Assembly: GCA_026023565.1 (NCBI GenBank)
Contig: JAPETS010000002.1
Coordinates: forward strand, 1,364,001 to 1,428,000
Length of the DNA: 64,000 nt
Source: Cirrosporium novae-zelandiae
Lineage: Eukaryota
Direction: 5' to 3'
Shown here: piece after piece, positions 26,774-38,816 of the stretch
Numbering within the stretch: position 1 is the stretch's first letter
Layout of the letters: the number at the start of each line of letters is the position of its first letter
Program-made: the position numbers and the translations under genes
Notes under the pieces: model-generated
Told to the model about the DNA's origin: nothing
Seen by the model: the letters and a program-made list of their open reading frames with translations, nothing else
Database searches by the model: none

Positions 26774-28445
26774 ATGTTATCATCAACCACTCTCGCCCGC
26801 GCTGTGCGCCACACTGCCACTCGTAGTAACACCCTTCGTTTTGCTGCAACTATTAGATGCGGTTCAACATGGACCAATATACCTCAAGGACCACCTGTAA
26901 GTTGAATCTAAATGTCCAAATTTTTGTCACTAATCAATTGGCCTAGGATGTAAGTTTTGCCTCAATTGACAATCTATCAGATATGTTGACGGGATATTCA
27001 AATTCAGGCTATTCTTGGTGAGTTTCACATTTCCCATAGTTTTCATTGCTAATAAGATATAGGCATCACCGAGGCTTTCAAGGCAGACAGTTTTAATGAG
27101 AAGATCAATCTAGGTGTTGGTGCATATAGTATGCAAAATTCTTAATCATCCCACTTTTCATGTATGACTAGATGTGACTCATTTGGTTGTTCAACAGGAG
27201 ATGACCAGGGCAAACCATTTGTCCTTCCTTCCGTTCGTACTGCTGAAAAGAAGATTGTAGACTCCAAATTAGACAAGGAATATGCAGGGATTGTTGGCAT
27301 TCCGTCCTTCACCAAGGCCGCTGCTCTGTTAGCTTATGGTCTCGACTCGGCTCCTCTGAAAGAAGGTCGTATCGCCATCACACAATCGATTTCAGGAACT
27401 GGTGCCTTGAGGATAGGCGGCGCTTTTCTTGAACGGTTTTATCCTCATGGCAAGAAAATTTATCTACCAAATCCTAGTTGGGCAAATCATGCAGCTGTTT
27501 TCAAAGACTCTGGTTTAGAAGTGGAGAAGTATCGATATTACAACAAGGATACCATTGGACTGGACTTTGATGGAATGGTCGAAGATATTAAAGCGGCTCC
27601 AGAAGGTAGCATCATTGTTTTGCATGCCTGTGCTCACAACCCCACTGGAATTGACCCAACTGAGGCACAATGGCGCAAGATCAGTGACGCAGTCAAAGAG
27701 AAGGATCATTTTGCATTTTTCGACATGGCTTATCAAGGATTTGCCAGTGGCAACACCGATAAAGATGCCTTTGCTGTCCGGCATTTCATCAAGGAAGGAC
27801 ACAATATTGCCCTATGCCAGAGCTTCGCTAAGAACATGGTAGGTCTGTTGCTCATATGTAGTCTAATCTGGAAAACTCACATGCTACCAGGGTCTCTATG
27901 GAGAGCGTGTCGGAGCCTTCTCGCTTGTGTGTGCATCTGAGGAGGAAAAGAAGAGGGTGGATTCGCAAATCAAGATATTGATCCGACCTATCTACTCTAA
28001 CCCACCGATCCACGGGGCACGCATCGCCTCAGAGATCTTGAACGATCCAGCATTAAACAAGCAGTGGTTAGGCGAGGTCAAGGGCATGGCGGACAGAATC
28101 ATTGAGATGCGTGCTCTATTGAAGAAGAACCTTGAAGACCTTGGCAGCAAGCATGACTGGAGCCATATCACCAACCAAGTGAGTGATGAACTAGGACTTG
28201 GCTAGCACGGTGCTAATGGGATACAGATCGGCATGTTTGCCTACACGGGCCTCAAACCAGAACAAATGGACAAGCTTGCTAAGGAGGTGAGATTACCATG
28301 ATTACTCCCAATGGATCGGATCATCGCTAATAACGTCAATCAGCATTCGGTCTACGCGACTAAGGACGGTCGGATCTCAGTAGCAGGCATCACATCTGGA
28401 AACGTCAAAAGGTTGGCCGAATCAATCCACAAGGTCACCAGCTAG
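26774..28445 (+). CDS. Mitochondrial aspartate aminotransferase (multi-exon, with micro-exons)
   Basis: Presequence [65 protein letters not shown] (PLP lysine); TAG at 28443-28445. Confidence 0.96.
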
Positions 28446-28816
28446 AAAAAAGACAGGTCGCAGAGCACATGTATTTTAAGTAGTCGGCTACGATTACTAT
28501 GACATCATCCTAGACGCCCGGTTGCTTGCGAGACCTTGGTACAGTCATGATTTGGGTGTTACCGATAGACAAATGCATTAGTAGAGAAAGAAGTTCTTAA
28601 ACATCAACTTGGCCAGACGTATTCGTCGATTGGTTACATGCAGTGATAGTACCGAAGATTTAATACAACCCGGTCCTCTGGCCGACGGAGGGCACCTATG
28701 TAAGGTGCGGAGGTACGGTTGTCAAGATGTGGAGTAAAACGTAGGTACAGAGGGGTTCTAAATAGCATGGAACTCGCCGACATTGCGCTGAAGGTAGGAC
28801 GTTATAGAAATCATAG

Positions 28817-29160
28817 CTAGTCCCGAAGATCCAGGCGAACCAAGTAGTGCGGTAGCGGGCGCCTTGTATACGGTACCACGAAATGCCGGAACATGTGGAG
28901 TGGAAGATGGTGCATCTGTTTCCCCTCCACAAAGCGCCAGGTGGAACTGGGACCAGATGACCGATGCAACAGAAAAGGAAGCCGACTTAAAAAGTCCGAG
29001 GGAGTGGGTCTTGCTAATAATTTATATGCAGTGATCCCAGAGATGATTAGGTGATTTGTAGTTGCTGGGAAGTCCAGTAGAGATTTTTCGGGGGGGGGGG
29101 GAGAAGAGAGAAGAGAGAAGAGAGCAGAGAGGGAGTTTTGGATGCAACGATACAATGCAT
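28817..29160 (-). CDS. Candidate spliced small ORF (about 67 aa), function unknown
   Basis: ATGCATT, then a GTATCG...CTAAT...TAG intron (29014-29153), restores frame to give MHSRPTPSDFLSRLPF...MHHLPLHMFRHFVVPYTRRPLPHYLVRLDLRD*. Confidence 0.35.
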
Positions 29161-30497
29161 AGTCTATTTGCAGGGACCTGCTGAGTTAGTGACAGAGATG
29201 AGAGCAGAAGAACAAGGATCAAGGTGTAGTTGAGTAGAGGAACAAGTGAATGGTGAGTGGTGAATGAGTGGGTCGGAAAGTCGGGGAGACGGGGGAGGGG
29301 GAAATACGACGGGGAAGTGAATTTGGCGGGTCACGGTCTGTTGGTCTCTTTGGTTCTCTTTTCGGCTCTCGGATGCTCGATTGGTCATTGATTCTTCGTT
29401 TTCTTGCGTTTCAATTTCTCTTCAAAGATCCTCGGACGCGATATTTTAGCATTGCGCAGCTTGACATCATTGGTTTTGGGTCCAGACTCTTTTCTCTCTC
29501 TCTCTCTTTCTCTTTTTTTTTCTTTCCAATTTCTCTTTGCTTCCCTCCGTCATTATTAGACTTATTTAATATTCTTTCAAGCAGCACATCTCTCCTCCGT
29601 TCTAACTACTTCTCATTTAATTCCCTTATCCCACTCCAATCAAATCTAGATTGAATTTATACCAGCACCCCCTCCCATTTAATTAGCTTAAAAAACATGT
29701 TATTTCCGTTTTAGGTACTTTCAGATGACATTTTCAGCATTGAGGGGATTTCCATATGCGGGATGAGGAGGAGGCGGAGGAGATGAAGGAGAAAGAAGTG
29801 ACTCTAGGTGACGCCAGGGGCTCAATCTTCAAACAGTGATTGCCATACCAAGAGTGCAGCTCGCAGCGGTTAGGCTTAAGTATCTTTGGCTCGGACATGG
29901 AATTGGTGGATGCTGTTATGCCATGACGCCTTGGGTTGGAATGGTCCAGACCTTTTTTTTTTCTTTCTTCTTATGGAATTTGGAATTCTGGATAACAGCC
30001 TGTTTCGGTAATTTGGAAGGGGATTTTAGTGGATGGCTGTTTTGTTAGAGAGGGAGTCAAATTGGGAAAATTCCAAGTTTTTTCTTTTTTTTCTTTCTTT
30101 CTTTTCATGTCCTTTTGGAAAGAATGCAAAACCATTCCCCACACTTGTTCAGTCGACGTAAACTGGATTCTGCCAACTCCGGGGGTACTTTTGTTGGACT
30201 GTTTTTCAGAATGGTCCAGAAGGCGGCCAGTGCCTAATTAGTTGGCGAAAAAAAAGGACACGGACTCTTTTTTTTTTTCCTTTCGCTTTTTTTCCCACAA
30301 CTGTGACGTGGGATGACGGATGCTTTTTTAATTAGAGAGATAACCATCATTCAGCTTCGGTGCTTGTTTTTTGGGTCGGATTAATTCTAGAAAATTGTAG
30401 TAAAGAAGTTGATGAGAGGATAATTAAATACCGAGAGAGAAAAACCATGCAAAAGATGAAAAAGATGACAATTAATTTATTAATTATTAGCGATGAG

Positions 30498-30568
30498 TGC
30501 CATCAGTGCCATGCATGCCATCAGTGCCATCAGTGCCATCAGTGCCATCAGTGCCATCAGTGCCATCT
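30498..30568. repeat. Minisatellite (TGCCATCAG) about x8
   Basis: Visible tandem 9-mer with one variant unit. Confidence 0.92.
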
Positions 30569-31815
30569 GCAGCAAGAAGAGGGGTCCAAAGCGATGATAT
30601 CATAATAGCCTGGTGTGAAAGTCAACTTGTTCATGCAACGGTCCTCTCGGCGCTCCACTGGAAAGATTGGAAATGAAAAGAAAGGGGAATAATAATAATA
30701 ATAATAATAATACAATACATACATACATGCCTACCTTCTTAAATAACTTCTTTTTCATATTTAGTAGTCTAGTCTAAATAATTATTAGATAGATGCTTGG
30801 AGCCGTAGCTGGTTTCCCTGGTTCGATTGCTAAGATTGCTAGGGTACCTAGGGTACCTAGGTCAAAAAGGACCACAGTAAAGGGAAATGGAAAGCTTCAA
30901 GTATCAAGTATCCCTATCAGGTATCCCTATCAGTCCATGACTATCTTTTAGTTGCCGGTGTTTAGCTCACTCCACCACCACCATCCATTTCAAATCTCCA
31001 AAAGTATTCCAAAAGTACTCCAAGCACCGGTCACCAGTTGCCGCACAAATTCTTGACCTGCATCTTCTGCAAATCCTCCAAGTCCTATCATCCTACCATC
31101 CTACCAGCATATCTGTGTCTCGTGTGTCCCCTCGTCTATCGCATCCTCCGAAAAGAGTAGAACAAATCTCATTTCTTTCCTAAAACCTCCCTGTTTGACC
31201 CTGCACCAAAGAAAAAAAAAAAAAAAGGAAGAAAAAAGACCCCACCTCAAATCGAAAAAAAAAAAAAAAATACTTGACCCCACCACCAGCTGGCTGTGTT
31301 GTCGGTGTCTTTAAGCCCCTCGAAAACCTCCAGCCTCATCACCTCCATCTAGATAGCCTTTCATATTCAATTCCGAACCACTAAAACCTCTTCAAATCTG
31401 GTCTGAATTCCGATAAACTCCCCTTGTAAGCTATTCACCTTGTCCACCACCACCGCCAACAATTCAACTTGGGTTTTAAGGAATTCAAGAGTAAGTACAT
31501 GGCCTTGTCTTTGCATGTCAACTAAGAAAGCCTTTGTATTGAGTTCTTAGATCACCTCTGAGATCACTGGTTCGGAGATTCACTGATGAATTTCTTCATC
31601 TTCAGGTCCTGTTCCCTTTGATACATCTTGCGGAACGGATCTTATTCGGCATATCCCACTCTTATTACGCGCCATTGTGATATTGAATACTTCACAACCT
31701 TCTTTGCCGTGCGATCGAATTAGCGCCAAATAATAACAACTTTTATCCACATCCACAGGCGTTTCGTTTACGTCAAGCCTTCATCCTGGATTATCCGGTC
31801 CAAATCCTATCAAAC

Positions 31816-32403
31816 ATGTCGCACGTCCAGAGGCTTGAAACTGTTGATGACCCAGTATGCCAGGAACATGCGATAATTGGAGGTTGACTGGAGGCTGACT
31901 TTCTGACAGAGTGAGGAAGGGTCCGTTGGGCTTCCAGATTTCGGAGATAATATAGAGCTCTCAACTTTTGAGCAGGTGTTAGAAATGGATGACGGGGATG
32001 AACCTGGAGAGGAATCTTTCAGTCACAGCATTGTCTATGGCTTTTTTCAACAGGCTGAAAACACATTCAAAGAGATTGAAACAAATCTGTAAGAGGACCA
32101 GGTTTACATGTCTATGCGATCTGCTAACATGGCAGTGACAACAGTGAGAGAGGAGATTTGCAAAAGCTTTCATCTCTTGGTCACTTTCTGAAAGGTTCCT
32201 CGGCGACACTTGGCCTTGTCAAGGTCAAAGATGGTTGCGAGCGAATCCAACATCTGGGTGCTCGCCGTGAAGATTCTGGAGCTGCGCCAACGCTAGATGA
32301 CACAACAGCACTCAGCCGCATCCGTGGCACATTGACGGAAGTAAAAGCGTCATTCAAAGAAGTCGAGAAGCTCCTGCGCCGCTATTATGGAGAGAGCGTG
32401 TGA
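31816..32403 (+). CDS. YPD1: Histidine phosphotransfer (HPt) protein
   Basis: TFEQVLEMDD...FSHSIVYGFFQQAENTF|...LSSLGHFLKGSSATLGLVKVKDGCERIQHLG; 2 coding introns and a likely 5'UTR intron at 31491-31605. Confidence 0.95.
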
Positions 32404-33534
32404 TCAAGGGGGGTGTGTAAGCAGGTAAGATGGCAGGCGCCTGTTCCTCTGCAGCTGTCCGTGGATTAACTGGGGCTGATTTTTCTTTAATATGCTGCAG
32501 TTCGTTCTCGGCTTTTGGACATTGTCGGCTTGACTAGAGGCGATAAAATGCTTTTTCGGACTGCATATCCGTTTTTACGTTACTGAAAATCAAACTTATG
32601 AGGGGGGGGCCCTAGGATACGTGCATAAATAATGCATCGATATGCATCCAATGATTTGGGTGCACACACATGACTTTTGAAGCCTTTAACCTACAAAACA
32701 GGCCCTTAAGACACGCCCTATGGAATGAACCATAATGAATCAATTATTTTTTGAATACCCTAGCGTGTAGATTGATTTTATATTTTTTGGATTCATTTAT
32801 TTTCGAGAACCTGGTGCTGTTTAACCAAAAAACTTTTTGCTATGGGTCCGTTGAAGGCTTGAGCAAACACATATTATGGCCTATCAACTACGTCCCTATC
32901 TACCTAGGTACCTACAGCAAGGAAACCCTGTTATAACATCCAAAGTTTTAACATCGATGGTTTTTCCAAGGGCAGCCAACCTAGCACTTTTTGAAACTCC
33001 CAAACTTGCCAACCTCTTTCTCTCCTATCCAGTGAGGGACACGACACCTTTGTACATAGGTACTTTTTCTTCAGGTCTTTGTTAGGCAATATCCAATTAA
33101 TGTTCCCCACAGTTCTGGTTTCTAATAACTGGGAAGTTGGGATCTTGCTGCTAGATAGCTGGTTGATTGCTTGCTTGCTTGTTGTGGATGGTCGAGAACT
33201 AAAGCTGAAACAGAAACCAGAAGAATGATGCATCATTGCCGGTTACCTACCTAGGTACATGTACCTCTTTACGTTCAGGCTCGAGTTCGGCTTATCTAAC
33301 CATTGAAGAAACGATTCCAGGGATCCAGGAAAACCACGATCTTTAAACTGGCCTTACCTACCCTTCCCGAGCGCTTATATCTATCTATACCCATATCCCA
33401 TATCTGCAGATGCTGCCATCTCGTTTGGCTACAATAGGTCTGATATCTTACCCAAGGAGATGAGACTTTGATATTAACCAAAAGCATGGTAGGATCAGGT
33501 GGGATATATCTACAGATATATTTAATGTTACTAT

Positions 33535-34320
33535 AGGCTCCTGAAGACCAAGGTTGTTCTATTCACATCCACCCTCATCTTCACCACCATAACCATTTCT
33601 TATCCCTCCCCCTGGTCACCAATCCATAATCCAAAGCAACTCAACAGCGCCAACTAAAACCCAACCGACGAAACCCAGTGGCCACATCCATCCATATCCA
33701 TCTATATCTCCACCAGTTCAGAATCCAATGCAACTCAACTCAACTCAGCTCAGCTCAACTCAACTCAGCTCAGCTCAACTCAACTATAGACCCCTGAAGA
33801 CTAAGACTATTTGAATTATTTTCATCCACTCACCCATCCATCCACACCCTCACCACCATGGCCATTTCTCATCCCTCCTCCTGGTTACCAATCTACAATC
33901 CAACTTAACTCAACTCCACAACCACACCAACTCAACCGACCAAATCCAGTACTCACGTCTACCTACTCGGTCGGCCTAGTCAGCCCAATCTAACCCTTTC
34001 ACTAACCTAGTCTCCAAGTCACATCAACTCATAAACAGGCACCCAAGTCGTTCGCGCAGTATCTTTATTTATATCTCCAGACCAGGCCCAACCCAAACCG
34101 AGTACTCACGTCTACCTCCCTAGGAGACCCAGTCCACTCCTTTCACTAACCTACCCAGGTAGTCTCCCAAGTCTTTAACTTAACTCACCACAACCCAACT
34201 CAACAGCCCCAACCTAAATCCAACTGACAAAACCCAGTGCTCACATCCTCCTAATCGGTCAGCCCAGTCCACCCCTTTCACTACCCTAGCCTCCCAGGTC
34301 TTTAACTTGACCCAATCCAA
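33535..34320. repeat. Nested degenerate tandem duplications, C/A-rich
   Basis: Unit A (CCTGAAGAC.AAG...CACCACCAT..CCATTTCT.ATCCCTCC.CCTGGT.ACCAATC) at about 33540 and 33790. Unit B (AGT.CTCAC.TC...CC.AGTCCAC.CCTTTCACTA.CCTA...CAAGTC) at about 33945, 34098 and 34232. Confidence 0.75.
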
Positions 34321-35704
34321 CCACATCGACCACACTAACCCCATCAACCCCTTGACACCCACCCAAGCTATTCCTACAATATCCATCAAGCTATACCAAC
34401 CTCAACCCCAACATCTACACACCTACAAGACGCCAACTTAGCTCAAGGGCAGTCCTTATTCAAAACACACTCCCCAACATATCAAGGCATGCGTTCAATT
34501 ATTTAACTTTTGCATCTAGCATCAAGGGGAGGGGGATGTGTGGGTATGTGGATGTGTAGGAAGTGTGGGAATTATTTATTTATTACTCTAGTTGGTTGGT
34601 TTGTTAGGTTCATGGTACTTATATAGTTATATAGTTATATGGGTATCGTTATCTTATCACATCGCTCTGCTTGTATTTAGGGGGCAGTTTTTAGGGTAAG
34701 TATCTTTACTTTAGTTTATTTGGACCTCGAGATTGGTTACGAGGTTCTTGCTTGTGAGGAATGTGGATTCTTGTGTCTAGGTTTAAGTTCAAGTGTTGGT
34801 TTTGGTTTATCTCGTTATATACCCATTGAATCGGGTCGGCGATGTGATATAATATTGGCGAATGGGGAACAGAGAATCGAGTGTTAGGGTGCCAAAGGGT
34901 GCCAGAGAGGGATGTTCATAATTCCCTCATCCCTAATTTTTTCTTATCTAACTGTCTTTTTGCTTCTTCTTTGTTCTCAAATTCTTTTTTTAGGGGGGGG
35001 TAAGGGGTAGATATGTACGGATGGATGGATGGGTTATGGCTTATATATATGGGATATGAAATATCTAAAAGAAAGAAAATCTAAGTGGATAGGGAGTGGG
35101 GAAGGGAAGGGAAGCGAAGGGAGAGGTTAGGTGTATATCCTATCTTATATCCCACAACCCAGAACACCGATACCGACCAGACGAGTTGTATATAGCCAGC
35201 CAATTCACTAATTAACTAATCAGCGCTCTTAGGAAATCAAACCAAACCAAACCTAGTATTTTACTATCTATAGACTATATAGCATCGTCGCGATACATTT
35301 ACTGTACTGTACTGTACTGTACTGTATATTACCCAAACCAACCTACTTACCTACCTCTTTTCTTGCAGTTACTACACAAAGTATATATACCCTACTCTCT
35401 ATATCCTCTTATTTATTCTACCCCCAATCCCAATTCCAAACAAACAAACAAACCCCTAATCTAATCTCTCTGTCCAAGTCCAAATCCAAGTCCAAATCCA
35501 TATAAAAGTCTCAAAAACAAGAAAACAAGAAAATGAAAATTTTTATTCTATTATTATTCATTATATTGTTATTGCTGAAGGCCTTGAAAGCTTGAAAGCT
35601 TGAAAGCGTGTAATTAGCTCTTTACTTACTATTTGTATCTACCTACCCAAGTTACCTTGTACTTATATACTTGTACATAACCACTTACTTGCATATCCAC
35701 TCCT

Positions 35705-37790
35705 AACCCCAACCGATTCACCACCAACCTTCCCTTCCCTTCCCAGCCAAACTAGGACTAAGCAGCCCAATTTATTCACCCCCCCTACCTTCCTCAGCAC
35801 TGCGTTAGAGTCTACACAAGTATATATCCTATATCCTACATCCCATATACCCACATACCCACAAATAAATGAATAAATAAATAAAATCCCCTCAATCTAA
35901 TCCAATCCAATCCAATCTAACCCTCCCTCCTATCAAAGAAACAATAAAGAAAAAGAATACTCGAGATACGGAGATGAGGGAATGGGATAACTTAACTCTT
36001 GCTTCTGACAGTAAATATGTATATATGTTATATAAGTGGGGATTAGTTTATAGCTAATTAGGGATTTGTATGTATATATGTATGTATGTATGGATATAAA
36101 AAAAGTCAAAGTTAAAGTTAATGTGTGTAAAATCAATTTTTTTCTTTTAAATTATAGTATAGTATAGTATAGTATAGTATAGTTATATTTGTACTGTATG
36201 TTTTTTTTTTTTTTTTCGTGATTTAGAATTATGTATATAAATAATAACCAGCCACTTCTCCTTCCCTTAACTAAAATACTTGAAATAACTTTACTACTTT
36301 ACTACGACTACTAAATTTTTTTTAGAGAGTAGTCCACTTATACAATATATATATATATCTTACTCTACTTCTCACATCACATCCCTCCACATACTACATA
36401 CTATCATTTTATCCCCCCCCCCCCGGACTGCTCTTTTTCCGAATTCCTTCCTAATAAATTTCGTTTCGTTTTGTTGTTGTTTAGGTAAGTAGATAGGTAG
36501 GTGTGTGTATGTGTGTGGGTATGTGTGGAGGAAGTATCATAAAGAGTAGAGGAGGTGTTGTTGGGGGTTGTGTGTGTGTGTGGGGGGGGGGGGGGGGGGG
36601 GGGGGGAGTAAGGAGTAAGTAGGAATAAAGGGGCATGGATAACGGGTACAGTGGTTTATATATACATAACATACCTAGGTAGATATATATAAGAGACCGC
36701 TTAGACCAGACTACTTGGTTAAATTTTATTTTGGCTCCTACTACTCTACTCTATTCTACTCTACTAAACTAAACTAAAACTAAAAAAAAAAAAAAAAACC
36801 TTTCGTTCTTGACTTGACTTGGACTTGATTTGACGTCATTAGATTCGTAAAGTGTAAATGTTTAGTTTAGTCTATATAATTAGGGAAGGATAAGGGTGGT
36901 TGCTATTTATTTGAACCATGGATCATGAAGAAGGTAATCACCATGTAGAAAGAAATAATTATTTTATTCCTTCCTCATCCTTCGTCGTTCTTCAATAGGA
37001 GGAGGGTCCGATCTGGATCTTGGAAATTTTTTTTGGGAGAGAGAGGGGCTGATTGAGGCGTAGTAGATATAGATATGTGGGATATGGATATATACTTTGT
37101 TCAGTACTGTAGTAGGTGGGTGGGTATAATAAGTTTGGTTGGTTAGAAAAGGAGGGCTGGTGGTGAGTCGGTTGGTTGTGTTTATGTGAAATATATATAA
37201 AAAAAAAGGTCTGAAAACGATATATGAATAATAAAATGAATTATCATTATAAAAAAGAAAAAAAGAGGGCGGGGGGGGAAGATTAGCAGGGGTTGATTTT
37301 TATATATACTATTCTACCTAATATCATCATATAGTATATAGAAAGAAGCTAGTTATTTATTTATTTATTCCTCATCTTCGTATTTTTTTTATCGTTATTC
37401 GTCGTTCGTCAGTAGGAGGTTAGGTTAGACTAACGTTTATGAGTTTCATTAGGGGATTTTATTTGGAGGGGGTTAGGGTTGGTTGTGGGTAGATGGATAT
37501 AGATGGAGATAGGGGGGACTATGTATATAGGTATGCTCTTATGAAGGACTGTAGGAGGTGGATGTAAGCTGGTTGGGAAGGGAGGGCTGGTGGTGAATCG
37601 GTTGGTTGGTTGTATGTATTTAAATCATGAATTATGAAGGAAATATATACTGTGGTAGAAAATTAGCACAGATTAATTTTGACTTTTATACATACTATAC
37701 TAGCTAACATCACCATGTAGAAGCAGTTATTTGTTTATTCATTCATTCATTCCTCATCTTTTCACCCTCTTCGTCATTTTTCGGTACCCA
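35705..37790. repeat. About 250-300 bp local repeat family: one inverted copy (35705-36005), two direct copies (36935-37180, 37325-37615) and a partial copy overlapping the gene end at 37705-37780
   Basis: Shared blocks CACCATGTAGAA, TTCCTCATC, TCGTCGTTC..TAGGAGG and GGAGGGCTGGTGGTGA.TCGGTTGGTTG. Reverse complements (CAACCGATTCACCACCA, AAATAAAATCCCCT, ATACG.AGATGAGG) lie at 35709-35985. Confidence 0.75.
36582..36606 (+). repeat. Poly-G tract (about 25 G), G-quadruplex-capable
   Basis: Visible directly. A 12-C tract lies at 36413-36424. Confidence 0.9.
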
Positions 37791-38662
37791 CATCATCAGG
37801 GGCACGGTCTTCGAATTCAGTTCTCGGAAAATCTGTTTTGGTGGTTTTGTTAGCGAAGCACCATCCCGGATTCTGGATTCTGGGATATAGTGTGTATTGT
37901 TGTTATTAATGGCTTGTTGATGTTGGTAGATGATGAAATACAGTACCTGCCACGCCCTCGCCCACCAAACAAAACTCCACCCCCACCGCATCCAGCCCTC
38001 GGCATAGTGGACCCACCACCGCAGAGAAAAAAACATACCACTTACATTTCTGAACGAGCTATTCGGCAGCTCTCCATTCCAGCGATCCTCAACTTTCTCA
38101 ATCTTCCCACTCCAATCCCCACCCCCCACTGCATTATCCCTACCCTCATCCCACCAGATCTTCACCTCACTCTCAATCGTCTGTTCCTTTCTAATCTCCT
38201 TGATCATGTATCGCGTGCGTAGGTTCAGTGTTATGGGGTTCCCGGATGAGGTGACGGTGTGGGAGAGCCGCTCGATTGAGGAGAATGCGGCCTGTAGTCT
38301 GTACCACTGGGGTACGAATTCGGAGCGGCCAGTTGCGTGGGCGAGGGGGTCGGAGGAGGTGGCTGTGTCTTTCTAGAGGGAGCGCTTTTTTAGGGTCGGT
38401 TTGCCTGCGAAGAGCTGGTGGATGGGTGGGTGGCTGGATTAGTGTTGGTGTTGATGTTAGGTAGGGGTTTTAGGTAGGGAAATGGTTGAAGATCTAGAAA
38501 TTGAGTGGGGGATCTAGATGAGGGGGGGCTCACGTCGAGGACGCTGCCGATTAGTATTCTTTGGATGTCGTTTAATTTCACGTTGGGGACGGTGTTTATG
38601 TTGGTTGACCTCATTTGTTGGTCCCTTACATCACTACTTTCAGCCACCTGTCATGACACCAT
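37743..38662 (-). pseudogene. Fungal SnoaL/NTF2-like small protein gene with an in-frame TAG (pseudogene or editing-dependent gene)
   Basis: Three exons with canonical introns (38415-38533, 37833-38045): ...ILIGSVLD|LFAGKPTLKKRSL*KDTATSSDPLAHATGRSEFVPQWYRLQAAFSSIERL...KVEDRWNGELP|IFRELNSKTVP. TAG at 38373-38375. Start is ATG 38614, or ATG 38662 with a TGA at 38651-53. Confidence 0.7.
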
Positions 38663-38816
38663 GGCTAAACCCTCGTGCCCCTCTGTGGGGTTCTATTTAA
38701 AGTAGATCATGCATCCCCGACAGCCGCAGAGCCGCAAGTCAGTTACTACAGGTAGATCATCGACTCGATTGTTTGTAAGATTTTAACACGGTCAGGTATT
38801 TAGTTTAGCGTAGTTG

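Noticed and set aside
30360..30605. ORF with (CHQ)n repeats resembling a metal- or heme-binding CxxCH protein
   Set aside because: It is the translation of the TGCCATCAG minisatellite in AT-rich intergenic DNA, with no ATG context or coding signal.
31491..31605. snoRNA or TPP riboswitch in the YPD1 5'UTR intron
   Set aside because: No properly placed C/D boxes and no TPP aptamer core found.
33535..37790. CRISPR-like array or transposable element
   Set aside because: Eukaryotic context; repeats are degenerate and irregular; no TIRs, LTRs, or transposase/RT ORF recognised.
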